DNA of 64,000 nt from the human T2T-CHM13v2.0 reference genome, Homo sapiens. This document shows, one piece after another, positions 35,891-51,463 of this stretch; the first letter of the stretch is position 1; every line of letters begins with the position of its first letter. Both the position numbers and the translations under genes were made by a program. The DNA is taken from assembly GCF_009914755.1 (NCBI RefSeq), contig NC_060938.1; one strand, written 5' to 3'. Below the pieces are notes generated by a model. It did not search any database, was not told the DNA's origin, and worked only from the letters and a program-made list of their open reading frames with translations.

Positions 35891-38800
35891 TAAGTAGCTG
35901 GGATTACAGGGGTGCACCACCATGCCCGACTAATTTTGTATTTTTTGTAGAGACCGGGTTTCGCCATGTTGGCCAGGCTAGTCTCAAACTCCTGACCTCA
36001 GGTGATCCATCCGCCTCGGCCTCCCAAAGTGCCCCAAAGTGTTGTAATCCCAACAAGCAAGAGCCACCATGCCTAGCCAAGTTTCAAGAATTCTCACGAA
36101 TACTCCCAAATTTGGAAAGAAGCAAACTGAGGGAGTTGGTAGGCAACCTCAAAAAATCTCTCGAAAGTAGTAAGTACTCCTACTTACTACTGCAGGAGCT
36201 CAGCAAAGGAATGAAGAGTTGGTAGGGCTATTTTCTAATGTCTCCAGGCTCAGTTTGGGAAATGAGAAGCAGCCCGTAAGAGTGGAATATACCTGGGACT
36301 TGTTGGAATGGGATTTGGTATAGGACATTCAATGGGATCTCAGATGAAAGGACAGATTCCAGGTCCCCCAGCAAGGACTGTGTCAGCCCCAGTATGTCAT
36401 TAGTTTTTGCCAGTGGAAGCAATTTATGCTACAGTTAGGGTAGGATTAAGAGGTAATGGGTTTTCTCCACCTTTTCTTTGCTCATCTGCTGGCTCGATGG
36501 AGAAGACTCCTTGGTCCTACAGGATGGTATAGCCATAAAATGAAAGGAGTCGCAGCCTACCAATCACCAGATGAAAGGCTATCTGCTGATCAGGAAAACC
36601 TACATTTGGCTGCATCAGTCAATCAGCGGTGAACAGATCTGAAACATGTAGTTTTAAAACTCCAAATCTGCTTGCAGAGGTGGCATCCTGTAACTTCTTA
36701 GGGGACAAGTGAGAAAAAAACCCAAAAAACTCCAAAACACAATGATTCCAACCTCTTAATGTTATTCATTGTTTTAAAAAACTTAAAGTAAATTTCAAGA
36801 GCCAGAAGCTCTTGTATTAAAATACCTAAATTTTAGTCATTTCTTTCATACTATTTATTTTTTGTGTATTCCAGCTCTTTTTTATACTGCTGAATTTTTT
36901 TTTTTTTTTTTGAGACAAGAGTCTCACTCCGTTGCCCAGACTGGAGTGCAGTGGCGTGATCTCGGCTCACTGCAACCTCCACCTCCTGGATTCAAGCAAT
37001 TCTCTGCCTCAGCCTCCCGAGTGGCTAGGATTGCAGGTGCCCACCACCATCCCAGCTAATTTTTGTATTTTTAGTAGAGATGGGGTTTCAACATCTTGGC
37101 CAGGCTGGTTTTGAACTCATGACCTTGTGATCCACCCACCTTGGCCTCCCAAAGTGCTGGGATTAGAGGTGTGAGCCACTGCACTCGGCCACTGCTGAAA
37201 TTTTTAAACATCTTTTTTTTTTTTTTTTTTTTTTAATACAAACACGGTCTCACATACTTGAACTCCTGTATGTAAGCAATCCTCCTGCTTTGGCCTCCCA
37301 AAGCGCTGGGATTATAGGCATGAACCACCACGCCCAGCCTATTACTGAAATTTTAATGATGATGACAACCTCATGACAATCCCAAAGTACTAGTATATCC
37401 ATTTTACTGATGAGAAAAGCACAGCTAATATGCAGTAAATCTAGTTTCTGAATTCAGGCATTCTTATTCCAGAGCCCATGCTATTAATTCCTATACTATA
37501 CTGTCTCTATATAAGCATGTAGCATATTAATCTTTTTAAGGGGGGAGTATTAGCAGAGCCACATGGAAGCAGTAGCTGCTAATGTGTAAAGTGACAAGGC
37601 CAGGGGCAAACCTGAAAAATCTACTGGCAGCCACAAAAGCTTTATACGAGACATTCAAGTAGCTTAATATTTATCAGGCATATCCTTTCTTTTCTTTTTT
37701 TCTTTTTTTTTTTTTTGAGACAGGGTCTCACTCTGTGGCCCAGGCTGGAGTGCAGTGGTGCAATCACAGCTCACGGCAGCCTTGACCTCCCTGGCTCAAG
37801 CAATTCTCCCACCTACCTCAGCCTCCCAAGCAGATGGGACCACAGGCACATGTCACCACACCTGGCTATATTACACATATCTGATGTCAGCTTATCTAAA
37901 GCAAAACTGCACAGGAGAATCTTAACAATCTGGTTATTAACATTTCAGAGAAAGAGGGAAGAGTAAAATAGGAACAATCACACATATGCGTTACCAGTAT
38001 GTCCTAGAGGAAACAATACCTTGGGATAAAAAGCATACACTGGTTTAATTTCAGGAGAATCGTTTCCAGAAAACATTTATAATTTAGAGAAATGTATGTG
38101 TATGTTTTAAACTAACACAGAATTAGCTCTAAGACAATTTGCCAAAGAGCCATTTGTTTTAAATTCAGAAGAACTGCTGAATATTTAGTGGAAGGTATGC
38201 TAAACTGACATCTGCTACAACTCTAATATAATTTTAAATTTCACATTCATTAATGACTAAGACAATGTCTCTGTAAATTAATCCTGCTTAGCTAGTCTGA
38301 ATATGGTATTCTTATTCACATAAACGTCCAAGATAGTGGTTGCAGCAACATATGGCATCCCATGCATTAAATACATTAAAATTCTCAGGAAAAGCACAAT
38401 TTTTAAAGTACAGGAATCTGTTACTAAGGAAAAGGGGGAGGACTGGGAGGAAATGACACATACTTTCTCATGCAGTGTGAGATTATGCTGCAGGTTCCAG
38501 ATATAACATTCAAAGCATCTTTTTAAAAACAAAAACATTTTCCTCAATAACATCCTGAGATGTCCAGTTTTGCATGTAAATCTTGCATCCAAACGTCACC
38601 CTTTACGGTAATTCCACAAATGCCCAGAATCTTTCAACAAGAACAATTAACTGCCTTTTTCCTTTCCAGAACAACCAGCTGGTTAACCAAACAGAGAAAC
38701 CAAATTTCCCTAAGTCACCAGATGTCTTAATTTGGAACAGTTAGAAGCAATTCGGAATAATCTAATTCTTGAATTGGTACTACATGTTTACTATTTCTTC

Positions 38801-39204
38801 ATTTTCTAATTTTGAAAAGACGCTTTTAAGAATTAAGCAAATGCTATCTTTAATAACTGCAAAAAAAATGAGGAAAAACAAAAAGAACCATATCCTGTTA
38901 CAGAATGATGTTAACATTATCTAAGAGCCAGCTACTTAAATCTTGGATACATTATAGTTAGAAACTGATAAGCTCTAACAACATTAAATCTGCTCTAAAG
39001 TTCTTAAGAATTACCCTACTCAAGAATTCAAAAACAGCCGGGCCCAGTGGCTCATGCCTGTAGTCCCAGCACTTTGGCAGGCCGAGGCAGGCAGATCATG
39101 AGGACAGGAGTTCAAGACCAGCCTGGCCAACATGGCGAAACCTGTCCCTACTAAAAATACAAAAATTAGCCAGGTGTGGTAGTGTGTGTCTGTACTCCCA
39201 GCTA

Positions 39205-39381
<177 letters not shown>

Positions 39382-39739
39382 CTAGCACTTTGGGAGCCTG
39401 AGGAGGGTGGATTGTTTGAGCCCAGGAGTTTGAGACCAGCTTAGGCAACATGGCTAAACTCCGTCTCTACAAAATTTAGCTAATTTTTGTATTTTAGAGC
39501 TAAATGTACAGGGCGTGGTGGCCTGGTGGTAGTCTCAGCTACTTGAGATGCTGAGGCGGGAGAAGCACCTGAGCCCAGGGAGGTTGCAGCTGCAAGTTGA
39601 GCTGTGATTGCGCCACTGCACTCCCGCCTGGGTGACAGTGAGACTCTGTCTCAATACCAAAACCAAACCAAAGAAAAAAAACAATTCTGGAAAGGTTATG
39701 ACATGACAGGCCTAGAACATAACAAATTCAGCAAAGAAC

Positions 39740-40450
39740 AGTCATGAAGTCCCTTTCTTCATGCAGGACAGGATAGAAGGAGATAGGTGGAAATACAGCC
39801 CAATAACTAATTATAATAATAAAAATAGTGAGGAGTGTTATAAAAAATAACAACATAGGGTAAGGCAAGAAAAATGAGGCAGGAAAAGCCATTTCTATTC
39901 AATCATTAAAGGAAACTTCCCCCATGAGGTGACATTTGAGCTGAGACCAGGACAAAATGAGGGAGGCAAGGGAGTGGATTACATGGAGCAAGAGCTGCCT
40001 AGGCAGAGAGAAACAACAAGTAGGCCAGTGCAGCTAAAGTCAGAGAAAGAAAGAAGGGTGTAGAAAATGAGGCTAAAGAGGTAACTGGAGCCAGAGGAGA
40101 GCTCCATCGGTCATGGTAAGAACTTTGAATTTTATTCTCAAGTGAGAAAGAAAGCCACTGTAGGCTGAGAGCAGGTAAGAGACACTGAGAATGGGTTCCT
40201 TGGGCTGCTGCCTGGAGAACAGACTAAAGGGCAAGAGTATAAGTAGTTAGTTTAGAGGTTTGTGCAAAGTTCTGAGAAAGAGTTCTAACAGAAGTGGCTG
40301 GATGTAGGTCACAAATATGAAAGAATTTTCTGGTAAAACTGCAAGTGGTGTGAGAGAAGGGCAGTCAAAAATGATTCTTGTCTCAAAAAAAAAAAGATTC
40401 CTAGGTTTCTGGCTTAAGCAGCAAGGTAAATATGTTGTTGGTATATTATT
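39740..40450 (-). mobile_element. L2 fragment
   Basis: gaggtgacatttgagctgagacc...ggtaagaactttgaattttattctc...gattcctaggtttctggcttaagcagc. Further L2 pieces at about 3370-3740 and 52980-55700. Confidence 0.75.
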
Positions 40451-40921
40451 AATACTTTAATTACAAGCTTTTTTTTTTTTTTTTTTTTGAGACAGAGTTT
40501 TGCTCTTGTTGCCCAGGCTGGAGCACAATGGCGCGATCTCGGCTCACTACAACCTCCACCTCCCAGGTACAAGCGATTCTGTCTCAAGCCTCCCAAGGAG
40601 CTCGGATTACAGGCATGCACCACCATGTCTGGCTATATATTTTTTGTATTTAGTAGAGATGGGGTTTCACCATGTTAGTCAGGCTGGTTGCAAACTCCTG
40701 ACCTCAGGTGATCTACCAACCTCAGCCTCCCAAAGTGCTGGGATTATGGGAATGCGCCACTGTGCCTGGCCTAATTACAAGCTTTTAAGATAAGATGATT
40801 AACTGGACAATTTGATAATTATCCAGTTGCTTATACAGGCCTTACTGATAAACTGTGGTATGTTAATACAATAGAATTCTCTTTTTTTGTTGTTTTTTTG
40901 AGACCAAGTTTTGCATTGTAA

Positions 40922-41254
<333 letters not shown>

Positions 41255-41433
41255 TGACACAAAAAGGTACTACAGGATTTCATTTATACAAAGTTTTAAA
41301 AAAGGCAAAACAAATCTATAATGGTAGAAGTAAGAATACTACTTATTTTGGGGGGAGATAGAAACTGAGAAACAGAACAAGAATTCTAGGTGGTGATTAT
41401 GCTCAGATGCATACATTTAAAAATAAAACCATG

Positions 41434-41535
41434 GTGCTCGCTTCTGCAGCATATATACTAAAATTGGTACGATACAGATTAGCATGACCCCTGCACAAGA
41501 ATGACATACCAGTTTGTGAAACATTCCATATTTTT
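41434..41535 (+). pseudogene. U6 snRNA retropseudogene
   Basis: gtgctcgcttctgcagcatatatactaaaattgg...ttccatattttt, full-length match to U6 with many substitutions and a deletion in the ACAGAGA box. Confidence 0.93.
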
Positions 41536-42346
41536 AGAGGGGTGTGTGTGTGTGTTAGAGAGAGACAGGGTCTCACTCTCTGTCACCCAGGCTGGAGTAC
41601 AATGGCACAATCTTGCCTCACTACAATGTCAGCATCCCAGGATCAAATGATCCTCTGGCCTCAGCCTACCAAGTAGCTGAGACTACAGGTATGTGCCACC
41701 ATGCCTGGCTAATTTTTGTATTTCTATAAGAGATGGGGTTTTGCCATGTTGCCCAGGCTGGTCTCAAACTCCTGGACTCAAGCAATCTGCCTGCCTCAGC
41801 CTCCCAAAGTGCTGGGATTATAAGCAGGAGGCAGTGTGCCTGGCTTGTAGGCGTATTTTAACAAAGAAGAACATTCAGACAACAGGAAAGAATTCTTGGA
41901 AATTAAGAATAAGAAAGCAGAAATACAAAATACACAGAAGAGCTAAAAGATATGGTTAAGGAATACTCCCAACTAAAGTAGAAGAAGAAAGAGAAAGAAT
42001 GAAATCAGAGGATTGATCAATCAATCTAAGTCAAACATCCTAAAAATGAAAAGTCCAGAAAGAAAAATAGAAAAGAAAAAAACAAACAAACAAACAAAAA
42101 AAACCTGAGTCTTCAGCAAAAAGGATAGCAAAAGAAAGCCATACCAAGCCACATTATCTTGAAATGTCATAATGCTGGGGATAAAGGAAAGATTCTACAA
42201 GTGTCCACGGAGAAAAGGGGTCTCATAAAAAATCTGAAGAATCTTAACGGCATCAGACTTCTCAATAGCAACCCTCGGGGAAAAAAGGAATAATGCCTTG
42301 AAAATTCTGAGTCAAAATTATCCCTAACCTGGAGTCTTTTTAGCCA

Positions 42347-42404
42347 GTCAAGTTAACAATGAAATGTGGGTCTAGGTCAAGTTAACAATGAAATGTGGGT
42401 CTAG
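42347..42404. repeat. Exact 29-bp tandem duplication
   Basis: gtcaagttaacaatgaaatgtgggtctag x2. Confidence 0.95.
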
Positions 42405-43007
42405 AACAGAGATATTTTATGTGTGCGTATTTTTAAAAATCATGGAGCGAATGCCTCCCTACTTCTGCCAAGCCTTACGCTGTGGAAAGAGCACCAACGG
42501 TCGGCAGGTGGTGGGGAAGAGCATGGAGAGAAACCTCCTGTTGGGGCCTGCTGGGACTGAGTGGAGCAGCAACAAGGAGAAAACTCTCCAGCATCCCAGG
42601 CCTGACGCTAAGCACAAGATAGTAACAGCTCATAGCTGAAGGAATTTGAAGTTTTTGGTATATAAATGTTAACTATAGTAACACCAAAACCCAAACCAGG
42701 CTAGACTGTTCAAGCCCCAACACTCACAGTCTGATAGAAGCACAGGTATCCATTTCCAAGGCTAAATGCTATTTAGCTTAGTCTCTACTATTCTTCTATA
42801 CATGATGTACAGAATGCAATTTTAAAGAGACAGAGAAATACCAACAAGTTATCAAGAAATGAGGCAAAAAACAGAAAAAAACCCAGAGAACACTCAGATA
42901 TATACTATACACCTACTAATAGTGTAAGTACACACTCCCACTGCTTCACTTGACAAGGCTTAAAAGCAAACAAAAAAACTAAAATAATTATGAATTGGTT
43001 ATTTTTA

Positions 43008-44495
<1,488 letters not shown>

Positions 44496-44633
44496 AAAGA
44501 ATGTGAAGAAACTGGAACCCTTCTATATTGCTGGTGGGAATGTAAAATGTAGCAGCCTCTGTGGAAAACACTTTGGCAGTTTCTCATAAAGCTAAACATA
44601 TGTTCGTGCAAAAAAACTTATACATAAATTTCA

Positions 44634-45017
<384 letters not shown>

Positions 45018-45150
45018 TCAAAAACTATGCAAGCCAGAGGACAAAGGAATGATAATTTTAAACACCAAAAGGACAGAAAAACCTACCAACACAAAGCTCT
45101 GTACCCAGCAAAAATGCCTTCTGAAAAAGAGTATAAAAGAAAGACTATCA

Positions 45151-45260
45151 GTCTGGTCCAAAGGCAGTGAGTTATCCCAACTGATTGCTCACAGTCAGTT
45201 ACAGGTCAAACTCCCTGTTCCACTCTTCCCCTCTTCTCACTACTGCACTTGACTAGTCTT
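45151..45260 (+). pseudogene. Y RNA (hY1/RNY1-type) retropseudogene
   Basis: gtctggtccaaaggcagtgagttatcccaactgattgctcacagtcagttacag...ctcactactgcacttgactagtctt matches hY1 end to end. Short A-rich tail and TSD aagaaagactatca (45137-45150) / aagaaatacgatca (45274-45287). Confidence 0.93.
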
Positions 45261-45548
45261 CAAAAAGACAAACAAGAAATACGATCAGAAAAACACAAAC
45301 TGAGAAGATTCACTGCCAGCAAAACTGTTGCTGTTAAACTGTTATTCAGGCAGAAACAGTATGATAACAAATTGAAATCCGGATTGACATAAAGAAATAA
45401 AGAGCACTGGGAATGGTAAACATGAGGGTAAATATAAGACATTTTTTCCTTTTAAATTTTTCCTTGAAAGATAATTGCTGTCTAAAGTAAAAACTAGTAA
45501 TAACAAACCAAGGGATTTATGACAGGTCAAAGTAAAGTGCACCAGTCA

Positions 45549-46156
<608 letters not shown>

Positions 46157-47094
46157 CTAAATAAATAAGTAAATAAATAAAATGCATGACAATAATAGTG
46201 ACAGGATGAGAGGAGGGAAGTGGAAGGATAATGTTGTACAATTCTTACACCATAAAATGGTATCACATTATTCGAAGCTAGATTTTAACAAGTCAAAAAG
46301 GATATAATGGGCCAGGCACAGTGGCTCACGCTGTAATCCCAGCACTTTGGGTGGCCAAGGTGGGTGGGTCACTTCGACCTAGGAGTTCGAGACCAGCTGG
46401 GCAAAATGGCAAAACTCCATCTCTACAAAAAATATAAAAATTAGCCAGGCACAGTGGCAGGTGCCTGTAGTCCCAGCTACTCAGGAGCTTAGGTGGGAGG
46501 ATAACTTGAGCGTGGGAGACAGAGGTTGCAGTGAACCCAGATCGCCCTATTGCACTCCAGTCTGGGTGACACAGAAAAACCAGGTCTCAAAAAAAAAAAA
46601 AAAAAAAATGCATATAGTAAACCCTAGACTAACCACTTCAAACAAACAAACACACAAAATATTAAACAGTAAATTCACAAACCAAAACCAATCATAGAGA
46701 AAAAGTACCCAATCAAAAAGAAAAAGATGAAAAAAGAAATAAAGAACTGATGAGAAAAACAGAAAATATAAAAACAACTGGTAAGAAGGTAGATTTAAAT
46801 CCAACTATACCTGGCCGGGCATGGTGGTTCACGCCTGTAATCCCAGCACTTTGGGAGGCTGAGGTGGGTGGATCACTTGAGGTCAGGAGTCCAAGACCAG
46901 CCTGGCCAACGTGGTGAAACCCTGTCTCCACTAAAATTACAAAAATTAGCCGAGTGTGGTGGCATGTGCCTGTCATCTCAGCTACTTGGGAGGTTGGGGC
47001 AGGAGAATCTCTTGAACCCAGGAGGCGGAGGTTGCAGTGAGCTGAGCTCACACCACTGCACTCCAGCCTGGGAGACAGAGTGAGACTCTGTCTC

Positions 47095-47126
<32 letters not shown>

Positions 47127-48319
47127 AACCACACCAACAATTACATTAAATAAAAATAATATGACACCTTATTTAAAAGACAGAGATTGTCAGGATGGGG
47201 GTGGTGGGGAGAGAGAAGCAAGACCCAACTATATGCTATCTGAAAGAAACCCATTTTAAACATAAAGCCATAGATAGGTTAAAAGGAAATGGATAGAAAA
47301 AAGATATACCATGCAAATATTAATAAAAAGAAAGCTGCAATGTTTTACTAATATGAGACAAATGAGAAGTCAGAACAGAGAATATTAACTCAAAATGGAT
47401 CATAGACCTAAATGTAAAAGCAAGAACTACAAAACTTATAAGAGAAAAAAGGGAATCTATGACCTTTGGTTAGGCAAAGATCTCTTAAAACACAAAAAGT
47501 ACAAACCACAAAAGAAAATTTTGACTTAATTAAAATGTAAAACCTGCTTTTGAACAGTCAAGAAAATGCAAACTACAGGCCAAGCATGGTGGCTCACGCC
47601 TATAATCCCAGCACTTTGGGAGGCCTGGGAGGTGGATGGCTTGAGTCCAGGAGTTCAAGATCAGCCTGGGTGACATGGCAAAACCCCATCTCCATCAAAA
47701 ATACAAAAATTAGCCAGGCATGGTGGCGCATGCCTATAGTCCCAGCTACTCAGGAGGCTGAGATGAAGAGGTCACTTTAGCCCGGGAGGTGGAGCTTGTA
47801 GTGAGCCGAGATTGCATCACTGCCACTTCAGCCTGGGTCACAGAGTGAGACCCTGTCAAAAAAAAAAAAACCACAACAAAACAAAAAACAAAAAGAAATA
47901 TTTAAAAAAAAAAAAAGAAAATGCCAACTACAGACTGGGAGACCATATTTGCAAATCACCATCTGATAAAGTTGCTATATCCAGAATATATAAAGAATTC
48001 TTGCAACCAAATTATAAGACAAATAATTCAATTAAAACATGGGAAAATATTTGAACAGACACTTCACCAAAGAAGATATATGAATGACAAATAAGCACGA
48101 GGAGCCCAATAATATTAGTCATCAGGGATATGCAAATTATATTAATAATTACCTATTATTACACATTTGCTAAAATGCCTACAATTAAAAAGAACTAACA
48201 ATACCAAGTTCTGGCAAAAATGCAAAAGCAACAGGAACTTTCATACACTGATGGTAAAATGTTACAGCCACTTTGGAAACTGGTTTGGCAGTTTGTTTAA
48301 AAGTTAAATACATACTTAC

Positions 48320-48425
48320 CCAGCAAGCCCACTTTTAGGTATTTACTCAAGAGAAATGACAACTTATGTCCGTACAAACACCTGTACACGTGTTCATCAC
48401 TATTTTATTTATAATAGCCAAATAC
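48320..48425 (-). other. WDR89: WDR89 non-coding 5'UTR exon (106 nt), embedded in an antisense L1M remnant
   Basis: Minus-strand acceptor tttctgtttttttctag|GTATTTG and perfect donor GGG|gtaagtatg. The size agrees with my recollection of the WDR89 exon structure, which I have not verified. Confidence 0.75.
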
Positions 48426-48777
48426 CTAGAAAAAAACAGAAATACGGGTAAGCTTAAGCACAAAAAAATAAACAACAAAGACTCTCCCTCCCCGAGAAAT
48501 ATCTGTCATCTGCTGAAGGGAAAAACAAATTGTGGCATACATATATAATGGAATCTGACTCTGCAAGAAAAAAGGAACTAGAGATATATGTAACATAAAA
48601 GCGTATATATTGTATGATTCCATTTAAATAACATTCTGGAAAAAGCAAAATTATAGGAACTGGTTGTTAGGGGCTGAGGTTGTGGGGAGGCCATTGATTA
48701 TTAAGGGGCACAAGGAAACTTTTTGGGTGATGAAAATATTCTGTATCTTAATCAGGGTGCTGGTTACACAACTGTGT

Positions 48778-48851
48778 ATTCATCAAACTACATACTTACA
48801 ATTCATCAAACTACATACTTACATGTCAATTCATCAAACTACATACTTACA
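48778..48851. repeat. Three identical copies of a 23-mer
   Basis: attcatcaaactacatacttaca at 48778, 48801 and 48829, with a 5-nt spacer before the third copy. Confidence 0.95.
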
Positions 48852-49243
48852 AAGTTTAAAAAGGTAAATTTTATGGAATGTAAATTACACTTTAACAAAC
48901 CTGATCTCCCATGCCCAAAGGCAAACAAAACATAAAAAGTCATAGGCAAAACTAATGTATGATGATGGAAATTAGAATGGTGGTTATCTTTAGTGGGAAT
49001 GACTGGGAAGGGGCATCCAAGAGGTTTCTTGGGTGCTGGTACCGATTTGAGTGTTGGTGGCACAGATGTCTTCTGTTTGTAAAAGTTCACTGAGCTCTAC
49101 CCTAGATTTGTAGACCTTACAGTAGTTATATTTTAATAAATAAGTACAAATAAATAATTAGTGCTATTTTAACTGCTCATTGTAGAAAATGTGGAAAATC
49201 ACATTTTAAACACAAAGAAGCAAAACATACAATTTTGGAGTAG

Positions 49244-49480
<237 letters not shown>

Positions 49481-50067
49481 TGATCCGCCCACCTTGGCCT
49501 CCCAAAGTGCTAGGATCACAGGTGTGAGCCACCACACCCACCCATGAAGGTAAAAAGTGAGAGACCTGATTAGACAAAAACATAACTAAAATAAGGTAAA
49601 ACGTATTAAAAATATAGTTAAAATTGAAATTGGAAGAAAATTTTCATAACACACTATCAAAGGTTAATACCCTTACTATGCAAGAAATTTATCCAAACAA
49701 AAAATAATAGCTAAAAGAAGCAGTAAGTCATAAAAGGGAAAATTCTAATGAACAAGAAACGTAAAAAGATGTTCAACCTCAGCCGGGCGTGGTGCCTAAT
49801 GCCTGTAATCCCAGCGCTTTGGGAGGCCAAGGTGGGCAGAACACGATCACATGAGCTCAAGAGTTTGAGACCAGCCTGGCCAACATGGCAAAATCCCATC
49901 TCTACTAAAAATACAAAAATGAGCTAGGTGTGGTGGTGCACGCCTGTAATCCCAGCTGCTTAGGAGGCTGAGAGGCATGAAAATGGCTTGAGCCCGGGAG
50001 GCAGAGGTTGCAGTGAGCCAAGATCACACCACTGCATTCCAGCCTGGGCTACAGAGTGAGACTGTCT

Positions 50068-50107
<40 letters not shown>

Positions 50108-50515
50108 CCGTCTTACTAACAGTTGAGGAAATAAGATGCATTTTCACCTATCAGGTTGGCAAAAATTAAAAACACTGATAACATCAAGGCTGATGGGGTG
50201 TCAGGAAATGGGCATCTGTAAACATTCTAGGTTGGGCACAGTGGCTCACACCTGTAATCCCAGCACTTTGGGAGGCCAAGGCAGGAGGATCACTTTGAGA
50301 CCAGGAGTCTGAGACCAGCCTGGGTATCACAAAGAGAACCCGTCCTTACAAAAAAAATACAAAAATTAGCTCGGTGTAATGGCGTATACCTGTAGTCCCA
50401 GCCACCCAAGAAACTGAGGTCAGAGGATCACTTGAGGCTAGGAGTTCCAGGCTGCAGTGAGCAATGACTGTGTCAACGCACTCTAGCTTAGGTGACAGAA
50501 TAAGACTTTGTCTCT

Positions 50516-50517
<2 letters not shown>

Positions 50518-50581
<64 letters not shown>

Positions 50582-50583
50582 CT
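50518..50583. repeat. Compound (CA)n(CT)n microsatellite at an Alu tail
   Basis: Direct reading. Confidence 0.95.
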
Positions 50584-51334
50584 AAATGTTAAACTTTTTG
50601 ACAAGTATTCTGGTACTATATAATAAAACTAGAAGTATGTGTCTCCTTGAATCCAACAATCTCCCATAAGCATCTATCCAAAATTAAATATATGCGTATG
50701 TAAGGAAGGATATTTATTAAAGAATTGTAATAACAAAAAAACCTAACAGCCTGAATATCCATTAATTGGGAAGTGGTCAAATTAGAGTATTGCCACATAA
50801 AACAACATTAAGTAGCTTTTATAAAAAAATTAAAGTCCATAGTTTACCTTAGGGTTCACTTTTTGTTTTGTACAGTTCTATAGGTTTTGACAAATACATG
50901 TAATGAATCCATCATTATATAACTGTTTCACCACCCTAAAAATCCTGTGTTCTGCCTATTCATCCCTCTGCTCATCCTGAACCTTTATCAACCATTTATC
51001 TTTTTACTCTCTCTCTAGTTTTGCCTTTTCCAGAATGTCAAATGGTTAGAATCATAAAGCAAGTGGCTTTTTCTGGTTTCCTTCACGAAGGAATAAACAC
51101 ATGGAGTTCCTCTATGTCTTTCAGTGTCTTAAAAGCTCATTTCTTCTTATAAGTGAGTATCACTGAATTAAATTTCACTGTATGAAAAAAAAAAAATTCA
51201 GCTGGGTATGGTGGTACATGCCTGCAGTCCCAGCTACCAGAAAGGTGAGGTAGGAGGATCGCTTGAGCCCAGGAGGTCGAGTAGAGAAAGTTATTTCAAT
51301 ACTTGACTGGAAATTTTAGTAACTTTTTTGATTA

Positions 51335-51463
<129 letters not shown>

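Noticed and set aside
38000-39000. Unique-looking intronic stretch with a 104-aa minus-strand ORF (38278-38592)
   Set aside because: No recognisable homology, a non-ATG start, and no clear exon boundaries that I could support.
41434-41840. First U6 copy as a functional snRNA or a U6-Alu chimera
   Set aside because: The ACAGAGA box is disrupted, there are many substitutions, and no upstream Pol III elements are evident. The adjacent Alu is in the opposite orientation, so it is not a co-retrotransposed chimera.
48778-48851. CRISPR-like repeat array
   Set aside because: The repeats are adjacent, without unique spacers, in mammalian DNA: a simple tandem duplication.
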